Shown in pieces: positions 20,873-30,748 of a stretch of DNA of 64,000 bases. This stretch comes from Sphingomonadales bacterium (GTDB lineage: Bacteria > Pseudomonadota > Alphaproteobacteria > Sphingomonadales > Sphingomonadaceae). The stretch lies in assembly GCA_028868535.1 (NCBI GenBank), contig JAGWUH010000004.1:41821-105820 (forward strand). The letters are read 5' to 3'. Under the pieces are notes generated by a model that was not told the DNA's origin, searched no databases, and saw nothing but the letters and a program-made list of their open reading frames with translations. The translations under genes and the position numbers were made by a program. Numbering within the stretch: position 1 is the stretch's first letter; each line of letters starts with the position of its first letter.

Positions 20873-21730
20873 TCAGGCGAGAGCGGGGGTCCGTGGACCG
20901 GTCCGGCGGCGTCCGTCGACGCGCAACGAGGATTTCGACGGCAAGCGGCCCAAGACCCGCTCGACCTTCTCGGCAAAGCGCTTGCCGTTCACACGCGGCG
21001 CCGGCTCGGGCGCATTGTTGGCCAGCCGGTTGTAGATGCCCAGTTCCTCCTTCTCCGAAAAGAAGAACGAGTAGAGCGAATGGCTCGATCCCACCCCTTC
21101 CTTGGTATGGCGATCGATCAGTTGCCGGATGTCCGATACCTTCAGCCACATCAGATTAGACGGCACGCCGACCGCATCGTTGACCTTGGGTTCGCAGACC
21201 GGGTGGAAGCCGAGCATCGCCTGGTAGAAACGGCGGTGGCGCGAGGCGACCTCGATGAACAGGTCGGTGCACTGGTAATGATGCGTGCCGTAGATGAAAA
21301 TGATGTGGAACAGCGACGCCAGCAGGTGCAGCGAGGGTTTAGAGGTATCGAAGGCGAACCGGGTCAACTCGCACAGCCTTGCGCCGGGAACCGCACGGAA
21401 CTTGTCGAGTTCTTCCTTGAAAGTCTTGTCGCAGGCAAGGCCGTCGGGCGAGTCCACGGTAAGGCTCAACGTTCCGATGGTCGCGCCCTTGGAGGTGGCC
21501 GTGAAGGTTACGCAGTTCGACGCCGTGGGGACCTTGTGATGGGCACCATAGCCCCGGCGGGCGTACTTGCGGTTGATAAGCATGTTGGCGGTGCTGCGCT
21601 CACCGTCGCAGTCGGCGAGCCGAACCGTGATCGACTTGCCTCCAGGCAGATCGGCGCCGTTGGGCAGGTCGAACGTGTGCAGGTCCGAGACGCGGCCGCG
21701 GAATTCACGATGTGGCAATAGAACGCCCAT
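20873..21730 (-). CDS. FeeM-like long-chain N-acyl amino acid synthase (GNAT fold)
   Basis: LINRKYARRGY, GTLSLTVDSPDGL, CELTRFA, IEVASRHRRFYQAMLGF; alternative starts at 21766/21790. Confidence 0.8.
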   Translation of the reverse strand: MGVLLPHREFRGRVSDLHTFDLPNGADLPGGKSITVRLADCDGERSTANMLINRKYARRGYGAHHKVPTASNCVTFTATSKGATIGTLSLTVDSPDGLACDKTFKEELDKFRAVPGARLCELTRFAFDTSKPSLHLLASLFHIIFIYGTHHYQCTDLFIEVASRHRRFYQAMLGFHPVCEPKVNDAVGVPSNLMWLKVSDIRQLIDRHTKEGVGSSHSLYSFFFSEKEELGIYNRLANNAPEPAPRVNGKRFAEKVERVLGRLPSKSSLRVDGRRRTGPRTPALA

Positions 21731-22160
21731 GTCTGTGCGTGCCCCCTGCTTTCCAAGTCGAGCCATGTCGAGGGAAGATGCCCCCGGCACACTGGCTGAA
21801 ACGCCACATCCGACACGACGGAAGTCATGTCCGAAAGAACGTCGTATGAAAAAATTATGGGAATTCGATTAAAAAGGGTTGGAGCCTATTGGTTAACACC
21901 CCAGTAGGTCCACGCCCCGATCGGACACGCCCATGCGCGATCGGAATTCTGGTTGGCTGGCTTGCATTTACGACCCGTCTTTTGCTTGGATTTTTCTGCA
22001 ATCCACGGCCCCGCATCGGGAGTCCCGACCCGTCCGCTTCCGCCTCCCCCTCTCAGGCAGGCGCTGCATTCATGGGGGCAACCGGTTGTGGGATCAACAA
22101 GGTGGGCGGTAAACTGTGTTTAATTTGTCCTGAGTCGTTCATTAAATCCGGAACGACCGC

Positions 22161-23249
22161 TCATCGACCCAGCCTGGCGCGCAGGAATGCCTCGTACTGG
22201 CGAGCGATCACCGGCCAGGAGAAGCGTTCGATTGCCGGGCTGGCGCCGCCGCGTCCCCGCGCCAGTGCCCCAGTCAGCGCTGCGGACAGGGCGCCGGCGT
22301 CCTCGGTATCGCAGAGCCCCGGTTCGTCGCCGACGATCCAGCGCAGCCGCGGGGTGTCGTGGCCGACGATCGGCAGCCCGCTGGCCATCGCCTCGACGAA
22401 GACGTTGCCGAAGGATTCGAACAGCGACAAATGCAGGAAGACGTCGGCGGAGCGGTAAAGCGCCGGCATGTCGGCGCCGGACAGCGTCAGGCGGGTGAAA
22501 CGGCCCGGCAGCAAGTCAGCCGCCAACGCTTCCACTTCGCCGCGCAGCGGCCCGTCCCCGGCGACGACGAGGTGTGCTTCCGGAAGCCCCGCCATCGCCT
22601 GTATGCCGGCAAGCACCCGCTTGCTCTCGATCAGGGCGCTGACCATCAATACCACCGGCCGGTCGACGGGAAGGCCGAACCGCGCACGATCGCCCTCCCC
22701 TTTGCCAAACCGCGAAAGATCGGCGCCATTGGGGATCAGGGCGCAAGGCCAGCGTTCGCGATTGGTATCGAAATAGTCCGGGTTGATGCAGACCAGTCCA
22801 TCGCAGCGGAACAGCCGATATTCCGCGTTGCCCGCGCGCGCGGGCCAGTCTCCGTTCTGCGTCACGAACACCTGAAGCGGGCGCCGGCCCAGCGAGGGCC
22901 GCCGCAACGCCAGCTGGGTGAACGGGAACGAGCAGGTGAGGACGGCGTCGAAGTCGGCAGGACGATAGTGCGCGAGTAGCGCCGCGGCGAAGGTCATGTC
23001 CTCCCACATCACTTCGCTGCGCAGCGGCGGGAAGGTCGGGAACCGCTCGAAGCGCTCACGCGGGATCGAAGCAACGTGCCGGAAGCGATAGGCGGTACCG
23101 GCACGTTCCCGGCCGGAACCGAACACGGTGACATCGTGGCCGAGCAGCGCGAGATTCTCCGCGACCGCCAGCAACGCGATCTCGGCCCCGCGCTCGACGA
23201 GATGGAAGCCGGGCAGGGCGAAGGCAATGCGCATGCGATCAGGCGGCAT
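22161..23249 (-). CDS. Glycosyltransferase family 4
   Basis: GAE N-terminal motif, IPNGAD, ESFGNVFVEAMASGLP. Confidence 0.9.
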   Translation of the reverse strand: MPPDRMRIAFALPGFHLVERGAEIALLAVAENLALLGHDVTVFGSGRERAGTAYRFRHVASIPRERFERFPTFPPLRSEVMWEDMTFAAALLAHYRPADFDAVLTCSFPFTQLALRRPSLGRRPLQVFVTQNGDWPARAGNAEYRLFRCDGLVCINPDYFDTNRERWPCALIPNGADLSRFGKGEGDRARFGLPVDRPVVLMVSALIESKRVLAGIQAMAGLPEAHLVVAGDGPLRGEVEALAADLLPGRFTRLTLSGADMPALYRSADVFLHLSLFESFGNVFVEAMASGLPIVGHDTPRLRWIVGDEPGLCDTEDAGALSAALTGALARGRGGASPAIERFSWPVIARQYEAFLRARLGR

Positions 23250-24615
23250 CCACGGCCCCCGTCGGCGCTGCGCCAGGTTGCATGGCCGCCGGCACTTCGC
23301 CAGCCCTGGGCTGCGACCGCCAGACCGGCCGCGCCAGCGCCGCCGCGGCCAGGATCGCCGGATAGAAGACGAAACTGTTGAGCCAGGCATCGACGCCCGC
23401 AGCCAGGATCGTCACCGCCAGGACGTTGCTGCGCCCGACGATGAGCTCGCGAATCGCGCCGCCGAACATCGCCAGCGCCAGGCACAGCAGCGACAGCACG
23501 CCGAACTGGCCGACCAGCAGCAGCGGCACGCCGGAGGGCCGCGAATGGAGCGGCCGCCACCAGTCCCACCGTCCATAGCCGGTCAGCGCCGCCTGCTGGA
23601 TCATCGGCAGCGCGACCTGGTCGCGCTTGACCTTCCAGCCGAACGAACCCCGCCCGACCGAACGCAGGCCGTTATAGACGAACTGCCCGGGGGCCGTGCC
23701 CTTCGCCCAATGCTCGATCGGCAGCTTGCCGGAGAGATAGCCTGCCCCGCCGATCGTCCCCAGCAGCAAGGCCGCGGCGATGCCGATGCGGCGCAGGTGC
23801 GGGGAGGCCACCAGCCAGGCCGCGCCCAGCACCAGCAGGATGATCGCCCCCACCGATTGCGAACCGAGCGCTGCCGCGACCAGGACCGCGGCGATGGTGC
23901 CATCGCGCGGCGTGCGGCGGGCCAGCATCCGGCCGATCGCGACCAGCGCCGTCAGCGCGATCCAGATGCCGTACTGGTTGCCGTTCTCGAAGAAGCCCAG
24001 CGGCCGGAAGCCGAAATAGCGCAGCGAGCCGTCATTCTGGTAGGGATGCGGGCCGTAAAGGGCGGAATAGAGGTTGAGCATCCCCGGGCCTTCGACCAGC
24101 GCGATCGGCACCAGCGCCAGCCCGCTGGCGATGATCGCGCCGGACAACCCCTGCCGGCCGGCCTCGTCGTCGAGCAGCAGGCGGCCAGTCATCCACAGCG
24201 CGCCCCAGGCGCCGGCAAGATAGCCGCACTGCATCAACGCCGATCCGGCGGGAATGTGGCCGGCGCCCCAGGCGACGAGCGGCGAAAGGCAGAACGCCGC
24301 CATCGCCAGATCGAGCCCGCCCGGCCGGAACCGGCGCAACCGTTCGGGCACGGTGACCGCGAGGCAGGCGAACACCACCACTGGGCAGACCAGCGCCTTG
24401 GTGAACAGCAGGCTGCCGGGCAGGACGATGCCGATGACGTCGTCGAAATGGCCGGGAGCGGCCAGGCTGGCGGGAAAATCGGCAACAGGCAGCAGCAGCC
24501 AGCCGGCGAACAGCGACAGCAATGCCGCCGTCAGCGGCGGCAGCAGGCGGAATGCGACTACCGTGGCGATCGCGTAGATGCTAAACGCGGCAAGGATGAC
24601 GTTCGATATCGACAC
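23239..24615 (-). CDS. Multi-TM O-antigen ligase/Wzy-like membrane protein
   Basis: About 12 hydrophobic segments; RYFGFRPLGFFENGNQYG, LTGYG; GTG start uncertain. Confidence 0.68.
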   Translation of the reverse strand: MSISNVILAAFSIYAIATVVAFRLLPPLTAALLSLFAGWLLLPVADFPASLAAPGHFDDVIGIVLPGSLLFTKALVCPVVVFACLAVTVPERLRRFRPGGLDLAMAAFCLSPLVAWGAGHIPAGSALMQCGYLAGAWGALWMTGRLLLDDEAGRQGLSGAIIASGLALVPIALVEGPGMLNLYSALYGPHPYQNDGSLRYFGFRPLGFFENGNQYGIWIALTALVAIGRMLARRTPRDGTIAAVLVAAALGSQSVGAIILLVLGAAWLVASPHLRRIGIAAALLLGTIGGAGYLSGKLPIEHWAKGTAPGQFVYNGLRSVGRGSFGWKVKRDQVALPMIQQAALTGYGRWDWWRPLHSRPSGVPLLLVGQFGVLSLLCLALAMFGGAIRELIVGRSNVLAVTILAAGVDAWLNSFVFYPAILAAAALARPVWRSQPRAGEVPAAMQPGAAPTGAVDAA

Positions 24616-24640
24616 GGTCCGGCTAGACTCGCAGACTTTG

Positions 24641-25117
24641 ATGATGGTGGGCTTCGCGATCGCGCTGCTCGCCTCGCTGTGGAGCCGGCATTGGGCCTGC
24701 GCCGCGCTGTCGCTGCTCGCGCTGGTCGAAGCCAAGGTGGGGCTGCGCCTGCCGTTCCACGTCTGGGTGCGCGACGACCTGCTGGGTTATCCGGCGGCGC
24801 CCGAGGCGAAGACCGCGCTGCAGATCAGGCTGCTCGAGGGGACCGCGGTGGCCGCGGTGGTCGTCGTGCTGGCGGTGCTGCCGCTGTTCCTGCGCGCATC
24901 GGCGGGCCGTCGGCTGACACTCGTCGGCATCGCGCTGATCCTCGGGACGCTGGCGCTCGAGCTGATCTCGCTGCACCGGATGGATGCGGTGATCTATCAT
25001 CCCGAAGGCCCCTTCCTGCGCAGCGCGATCGCCTATTTCCTCGGCGCCGCGAGTATGACCGCCGGCGTGCTGCTGCAGCACCGGCGGTCCAAGGCCGGGA
25101 CCGGCGTTACCGCCTGA
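24641..25117 (+). CDS. Hypothetical multi-TM membrane protein
   Basis: Hydrophobic ORF with coding-like codon use; LELISLHRMDAVIY; start uncertain (24638/24641). Confidence 0.65.
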   Translation: MMVGFAIALLASLWSRHWACAALSLLALVEAKVGLRLPFHVWVRDDLLGYPAAPEAKTALQIRLLEGTAVAAVVVVLAVLPLFLRASAGRRLTLVGIALILGTLALELISLHRMDAVIYHPEGPFLRSAIAYFLGAASMTAGVLLQHRRSKAGTGVTA

Positions 25118-25133
25118 CGTCCCGGGACCCGGC

Positions 25134-25982
25134 TCAGGGCTTGGCGGGGGCGCCGGGCTTGGCCGGCGGCGCGAAGCCCTGCTGGTACTCGATCTTGGCC
25201 GCGTCACGCTTGGCCTTGACGCGATCCTGGAGCTGCTTGCCCAGTTCCTCGTTGCGCATCATCATGCTCGCCTTGGGGCGGGCATCGGCGCCGGTGAGCG
25301 GGGCCGGCTGGCTGCCGGTCAGCGCCGCGACGGTGACAATGCCGTTTTCCGGGACCAGGAACGGCTCGCCCGGCGGCAGCGCCTTGAGCCGCGCCAGGAA
25401 CTGCGGCGGCAGCGTGGCCGAATCGAGACCGCCGCCGCCACGCTGGAACTTGATCCCCATCGACGTCAGGCGCTTGGCCACCGCGTCCATGCTGTGATCG
25501 TCCTTCAGCGGCTGCAGCGTCTGCGGGTCCGCCGGCATCGCGAACTGGATGCGATCGGCCGAGTAGATCACGCGCTGCGCGAAGCGTTCCGGATGATCGG
25601 CCATGTACTTGTCGATCGTCGCCGCGTCGGGCATCCGCTGGGCCTTCTGGAGCTTCTGGCCGAGCATCTCGATCAGCAGCATCTCGTCCACGCGGCGCTG
25701 GCGGGCGAGGTATTGCGGATCCTTGTCGATGCCGTCGTCGCGCGCGGCGCCGGCCGCGAGGCGGCGGTCGATGATCCGCTGCAGCGCGGCCGACTGGATG
25801 GCCTTGCGATCGACGTTCTTCGGCAGCTCGGTCGTGCCGATCTCGGCGTTGACTTCCTGCAGCGTGATCTCGTCGCCGTTGACCACGGCAGCCACCTGGC
25901 CGGTCGCCTCGCGCTTGCAGCCGCTCAGCGCCAGCATGGCCAGCGCGATGCCCAGCGTCGCGTTCGTCTTCGTCATCCGCAT
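25134..25982 (-). CDS. EpsD-family SurA/PPIase-like lipoprotein
   Basis: Lipobox LSGC, GQVAAVVNGDEITLQEVN; downstream of xrtV-epsI. Confidence 0.85.
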   Translation of the reverse strand: MRMTKTNATLGIALAMLALSGCKREATGQVAAVVNGDEITLQEVNAEIGTTELPKNVDRKAIQSAALQRIIDRRLAAGAARDDGIDKDPQYLARQRRVDEMLLIEMLGQKLQKAQRMPDAATIDKYMADHPERFAQRVIYSADRIQFAMPADPQTLQPLKDDHSMDAVAKRLTSMGIKFQRGGGGLDSATLPPQFLARLKALPPGEPFLVPENGIVTVAALTGSQPAPLTGADARPKASMMMRNEELGKQLQDRVKAKRDAAKIEYQQGFAPPAKPGAPAKP

Positions 25983-26020
25983 TGTCGTCCTTTCCGGCCC
26001 GGTTCGGGCCTGCGTCGCCA

Positions 26021-26728
26021 TTATGTCCTGCCGCCAACCAGCACGTGCTGCAGCGGCTCCGGCGCTGCCGCGAAGAATCCCGCCAGGAATCGGCGAAGAA
26101 GCTCCAGCGAATGCGCCTGATCCATGTCCGCGATCGAGACGCGCACCAGCGCGCCATCGGGAATATCGCCCCTCAGGTTGGCCTTCATCACCGACATGCG
26201 CTGTTCGATCCAGCGGCGCGGGAAATCGCTGTCCACGCGGGTCCAGTAGAGCACCTGCTCGACCCGGTCGACGCCGGTCGCGGTGAAGGCGTTGCCGGCA
26301 ATGTCGCGCCCGGGGGCCAGCGACAGGTCGACCGGCTGCGTCGGCGACAGGGTATAGCCGCCGGCGGGATAGCAGATCTCCGGCCGGTGCAGCTGCAGAA
26401 CGCCGTCCTGGCGGTAGTTGTAGGCGATGCACAGCATCACCAGCGGCAGGTCCGGCCCGGCATAGACCCGGGTGACGAGGTTGTCGTAAAGCCGGGCGGA
26501 CAGCGCGTCGGGCGGCGGCAGAACGACGCCGCTGGCGCCGACGACCGTCCACGGACCGACCTTGGCGGGCACCCAGTCGACGAACTTCTGCTTGTTGATC
26601 GGGGTGTGCCGCACTTGCGGTTGCGCGGCATAGCTGCCGGCCGATGCCGCCGCGAGGACGGAGCCGATCACGAAATGGCGCCGGCTGATGACGAGCTGCT
26701 CGCCACCCGGGGGATTGTGCTCGCTCAT
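26021..26728 (-). CDS. epsI: Exosortase-associated EpsI (V-type)
   Basis: LYDNLVTRVY, LQLHRPEICYPAGG, DGALVRVS; coupled to the exosortase. Confidence 0.88.
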   Translation of the reverse strand: MSEHNPPGGEQLVISRRHFVIGSVLAAASAGSYAAQPQVRHTPINKQKFVDWVPAKVGPWTVVGASGVVLPPPDALSARLYDNLVTRVYAGPDLPLVMLCIAYNYRQDGVLQLHRPEICYPAGGYTLSPTQPVDLSLAPGRDIAGNAFTATGVDRVEQVLYWTRVDSDFPRRWIEQRMSVMKANLRGDIPDGALVRVSIADMDQAHSLELLRRFLAGFFAAAPEPLQHVLVGGRT

Positions 26729-27666
26729 GGGCGCTGTCCGATCTGGAACTCGCCGCGGGGGGCGGTTTTCGGGGGGAAAGCGAGATTCCACAACGGCTTC
26801 AGCATCCCGTCGAATGCGAAGATCGCCAGCAGCGCGACCGCGAACATCGATATGCCGGCGAAGTTGTGAAGGAACCCCTGCGCCACCGCATCGCCCATGT
26901 GGTAGGTCAGCAGGATCAGGATCATCACCCGCACCAGGTTGGCGAGCAGCGCCACCGGCACGATCAGCAGCACCAGCAGCAGGGCGTAGCGCCATTCGGC
27001 CTGGTGACGGATGTAGATGTAGAACATCGAGATCGCCGACAGCGAGATGATCGAGTTCAGCCCCGAGCAGGCCGCCGCGACAAGCAGTTCGTATTGGCCG
27101 ACGTAGATCATCACCCCCTGCCCGGCGATCGGATAGCCGAACGCATGCAGGATCGCGATCGCCGCCTGCGACACCCCGATCTTCATCGGCAGGGTGATCG
27201 CCCAGACCACCGTATCGGGCGGCGGGAAGATGAAGGCGATGTAGAGCAGCGGGAACCACAACTGGCGCATCACCGAGCCGCCGACGACGCTGTACAGCGC
27301 GGTCAGCACGCAGGCATACATCATGTAGCCCTCGACCTCGACGACCTGCGTGATCCGCGCCAGCGCATATCCGGACACGAACACGCCGAGGATCAGCGCC
27401 GGACGCCAGATCGGCGGCGCCGCGATCGACGGGGCCACGCCCGGCCAGAGGCGGAACAGCAGCCAGATGCCGGTGGCCAGCACGATCGGGCCGTGGGCAC
27501 CCTGCTCGGTGCTCCAGCTCTCGCGCGCGACGAACGACAGCGTCGGGAAGATGATCGCCAGGGCACCGATCGCCAGCGCCACTGCGGCGACCGGCTCGAC
27601 GTGGGCGAAACCGGGAAGCCATGGCTTGGCGGACCTCAACCTTCTGGCCTCCAAAGACGTTTCCAT
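26725..27666 (-). CDS. xrtV: Exosortase V (EpsH family)
   Basis: WSTEQGAHGPIVL, catalytic-type AACSGLNS, ANLVRV, FLHN; multi-TM. Confidence 0.9.
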   Translation of the reverse strand: METSLEARRLRSAKPWLPGFAHVEPVAAVALAIGALAIIFPTLSFVARESWSTEQGAHGPIVLATGIWLLFRLWPGVAPSIAAPPIWRPALILGVFVSGYALARITQVVEVEGYMMYACVLTALYSVVGGSVMRQLWFPLLYIAFIFPPPDTVVWAITLPMKIGVSQAAIAILHAFGYPIAGQGVMIYVGQYELLVAAACSGLNSIISLSAISMFYIYIRHQAEWRYALLLVLLIVPVALLANLVRVMILILLTYHMGDAVAQGFLHNFAGISMFAVALLAIFAFDGMLKPLWNLAFPPKTAPRGEFQIGQRP

Positions 27667-27770
27667 GTCGAAAATTGCGCTCCTGAGGACTTCAGGTCCC
27701 TCCTGCGTCCATTGGTTCGTACACAGTTTCGAAATTGCTATCAATCGCCGCATTATTTCCATGCGAGCGC

Positions 27771-27787
27771 CGTCCGATTTTGGATCA
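27771..27787. promoter_or_regulatory. Candidate 17-bp operator between xrtV and the cell-wall hydrolase
   Basis: CGTCCGA-TTT-TGGATCA, ~105 bp upstream of xrtV. Confidence 0.5.
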
Positions 27788-27859
27788 AAGCAGGCTGCAA
27801 TGGTTTCTTCATCGAACAACTGGTAAATCGCCCGTTCGCTTTCGCGGGCCCGAGGTGCG

Positions 27860-28888
27860 ATGCTGCTGGAATCTCTCGATACGTTGGAATTGCGCAAGGC
27901 CTGGATTCCGTTCCACCGGCGGCGGCCCGCCGCTTTTGCCGCGCTGTTGCTGGCGATACTCGCCATCGTCGCGGCGATCGCCGGCGGCGTGTGGGTGACG
28001 CTGTACCCCGAACAGCCGCGGGCCATCCGGCTCGACATCGAGCCGCCACCGCCGCCGCTGCCGAAGCCGCTGAAGGAAGGCTTCATCCCGATGGACCGCG
28101 ACAAGGCGGAACTGGTCAACGCCGGCATCCCGGTGTCGAAGGCGCCGATCGAACCGGCTCGCCCGTTCGTGTCGCCGCTTGCCGACGTGATCGGCCGCCA
28201 GACCGCCGCCGACTGCCTGACCGCCGCGATCTATTACGAGGCGGCGAGCGAAAATGCCCAGGGGCAGCGCGCGGTCGCGCAAGTCGTGCTCAATCGCGTG
28301 CGCCACCCGGCCTTCCCGAAAACCGTGTGCGGCGTCGTCTACCAGGGCAGCGAACGCAGCACCGGGTGCCAGTTCACCTTCACCTGCGACGGCAGCCTGG
28401 CCCGCAAGCCGACGCAGGAAGGCTGGCTGCGCGCCCGCTCGGTCGCGCTCGCGGCGCTGGCCGGCGCGGTGGAGCGGTCGGTCGGCACGGCCACGCATTA
28501 CCACACCATCTGGGTGGTGCCGTACTGGGCGTGGTCGCTCGACAAGATCACCACGCTGGGCGCACACATCTTCTATCGCTGGCCGGGATACTGGGGCCGT
28601 CGCGCCGCCTTCAACGGCACGTATGCGGGCGAGACCGACGCCGCGCATGCCGGGGACGTTCCCTATGTCTCGCCGGACCTGTCGGGCGATTCGATCTGGG
28701 CGGCGGACAAGCCGGACACGCCCAAGCTGCAGGCAGACGAACATGCCGGCCTGCCGGCGGACAATCGCAAGCTCGGCAACACCACGGCCGCGCCGCGCGC
28801 GGACGAGAACCAGGGCCGGCTGGTGGCGGACGAGAATGCCGGGGCGTTGCTCGGCCCCGCCCCAGCAGCGCCGACCAAGGGCAACTGA
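27860..28888 (+). CDS. Cell wall hydrolase (SleB/Hydrolase_2 family), membrane anchored
   Basis: CLTAAIYYEA, AVAQVVLNRV, VCGVVYQG, CQFTF, ATHYH, HIFY. Confidence 0.92.
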   Translation: MLLESLDTLELRKAWIPFHRRRPAAFAALLLAILAIVAAIAGGVWVTLYPEQPRAIRLDIEPPPPPLPKPLKEGFIPMDRDKAELVNAGIPVSKAPIEPARPFVSPLADVIGRQTAADCLTAAIYYEAASENAQGQRAVAQVVLNRVRHPAFPKTVCGVVYQGSERSTGCQFTFTCDGSLARKPTQEGWLRARSVALAALAGAVERSVGTATHYHTIWVVPYWAWSLDKITTLGAHIFYRWPGYWGRRAAFNGTYAGETDAAHAGDVPYVSPDLSGDSIWAADKPDTPKLQADEHAGLPADNRKLGNTTAAPRADENQGRLVADENAGALLGPAPAAPTKGN

Positions 28889-28897
28889 CCGGGCGGT

Positions 28898-29536
28898 TCA
28901 GCGCAGCGCGCGCAAGGCGCGGCGCGCCAGCGTCGCCAGGGGCGCCAGCACCGGCATGCGATCGTAGAACCGCGGCACGGCAATGTCGCTGCGCGAGGCG
29001 CGCTGCACGCCAAGCGGTGGGATCGCGAATCGAGTCGGCACATCGGGGTGCGCGCGCCGGAACCAGATATAGGCGGCATCGATCGGCGGATGCACGCCTT
29101 CGTAGCGCAAGCCGTCGAGATAGGCGCAGACGAGGCGTGCGCCCCGGGCGCTGAAGCCCATCATGTGCGCGCCGATGATGTCGCTGGCGAGGAGATTGTC
29201 GGGTTCCTTGGCATAGTAGCCGCCGTAGAAGATGTCCCATCCCTCGCCGAAATCAGCATCGCGCGCGGCGGCGGTGAAATCGCAGTCATCCTCGAGAATC
29301 AGCACCGACCGGCCTGCCGCCGCCGCTTCGCGCAGGATCGCGTGCTGGCTGAGATAGACGCCATGGGCGCCGATCGACGTGAAATCCCCCGCGTCGGCCG
29401 GCCGGATCGCCGGGAAGAACGCGACCCGCGGGTCGCCCCCCAGCCCGACCGCGGCCAGCTCGCGCTCCATGTCGCGGCGCCGGTCGGTGCGTTCAGGCAG
29501 GTTGACGATGCGGATCGAATCGAACGGTGCGAACAT
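28898..29536 (-). CDS. Glycosyltransferase family 25
   Basis: IVNLPERTDRR, LILEDD. Confidence 0.82.
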   Translation of the reverse strand: MFAPFDSIRIVNLPERTDRRRDMERELAAVGLGGDPRVAFFPAIRPADAGDFTSIGAHGVYLSQHAILREAAAAGRSVLILEDDCDFTAAARDADFGEGWDIFYGGYYAKEPDNLLASDIIGAHMMGFSARGARLVCAYLDGLRYEGVHPPIDAAYIWFRRAHPDVPTRFAIPPLGVQRASRSDIAVPRFYDRMPVLAPLATLARRALRALR

Positions 29537-29539
29537 GGC

Positions 29540-30748
29540 TCAGCCAGCTCCCTCGGTCAGCAGCGGGATCAGCGGCCGGACCGCGCGCTCGATCGCGAAA
29601 TCGGCGAGCGCATCCTCCTGCCCCGCCGCGCCCAGCCGCCGGCACGCAGTGGGATCGGCGGCAAGCCGGGCCATCGCCTCGGCCAGAGCAGCACCATGCG
29701 ACGGCGGCACCAGCACGCCGTTGCGCCCGTCCCGGACGAGTTCGGGGATGCCGGCGACGCCACTGGCGATGACCGGCTTGCCCAGCGCCATGGCCTCGAT
29801 GATGACGACCGGCAGGCCCTCCATGAAACTGGGCAGGACGAAGATGTCGGCCCCGGCGATCACCGCCAGCGTCTCTGCTTCGGGCAAGGCGCCGTGGAAC
29901 CGGACCGCCTCGCCGATGCCCAGTGCCGCCGCCAGTGCCTCGAGATCGGCACGCAGCGGACCGTCGCCGACGAGGTCGAGCCGCGCGCCCGGCAAACGGT
30001 CGCGCACCGCGGCAAACGCCTCCAGCAGGCCGCGCTGGCCCTTCTCGCGCGAGAGGCGGCCGACGCTGGCGAAGCGGACGCGCCCGTCCTCGCACGGCGG
30101 CGGCGGCGGCGGCAGCGCCGCGGGATCGATGCCGCAGCGCACGACGTGCAGCCGCTCCCAGTGCTCCGCATCGGCCACGCGCATCGCCTGCGCCCGCATG
30201 AACCAGCTGGCGCAGGCGACGAAATCCGCGCGCGCGACCTTGTCGGCCAGCAGCAGGCCTGCCGGATAATCGGTTTCCGAGATGCCGTGCAGCGTCATGC
30301 TCCAGCGGATGCCGAGCAGGTTGGCGGCCAACAAGGCCACGGTGGCGCCACTGTTGGCAAAGTGGACGTGGAGGCGGGTGGCCCCTGCCCGCCGCAGCAG
30401 CCGGGCGAGCATCGCCGCCTCGACGAAATGGAACAGCGCCCAGATCATCGGCTTCAGCCCGGGCGCGCGATGGCGCAGGGCAAGCCGCAGCGTGCCGAAA
30501 CTGCGCGCGGGCCTGCCTGCCAGCGCCACCAGCAGCGCGCCGAGATACGCGACCGGCGAGCGGCCCAGCACCGCCGCGGTTTCAGCGCGGGCGGCGCGAT
30601 CGAGCTCGGACGCTGGCTTGCCACCGGCAGGGCGGATCGTGAACACGGCAATGTTCAGGCCGGCCGCGCGCAGGGCCGCAATCTCGCGCCGGATGAAGGT
30701 GTGCGAGGGCGCCGGGTATTCGCTGGCGAGGTAGGCGATCCGGTTCAT
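29540..30748 (-). CDS. Glycosyltransferase family 4 (WcaL-like)
   Basis: SHTFIRREI, HVHF, EGLPVVIIEAMALG. Confidence 0.9.
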   Translation of the reverse strand: MNRIAYLASEYPAPSHTFIRREIAALRAAGLNIAVFTIRPAGGKPASELDRAARAETAAVLGRSPVAYLGALLVALAGRPARSFGTLRLALRHRAPGLKPMIWALFHFVEAAMLARLLRRAGATRLHVHFANSGATVALLAANLLGIRWSMTLHGISETDYPAGLLLADKVARADFVACASWFMRAQAMRVADAEHWERLHVVRCGIDPAALPPPPPPCEDGRVRFASVGRLSREKGQRGLLEAFAAVRDRLPGARLDLVGDGPLRADLEALAAALGIGEAVRFHGALPEAETLAVIAGADIFVLPSFMEGLPVVIIEAMALGKPVIASGVAGIPELVRDGRNGVLVPPSHGAALAEAMARLAADPTACRRLGAAGQEDALADFAIERAVRPLIPLLTEGAG

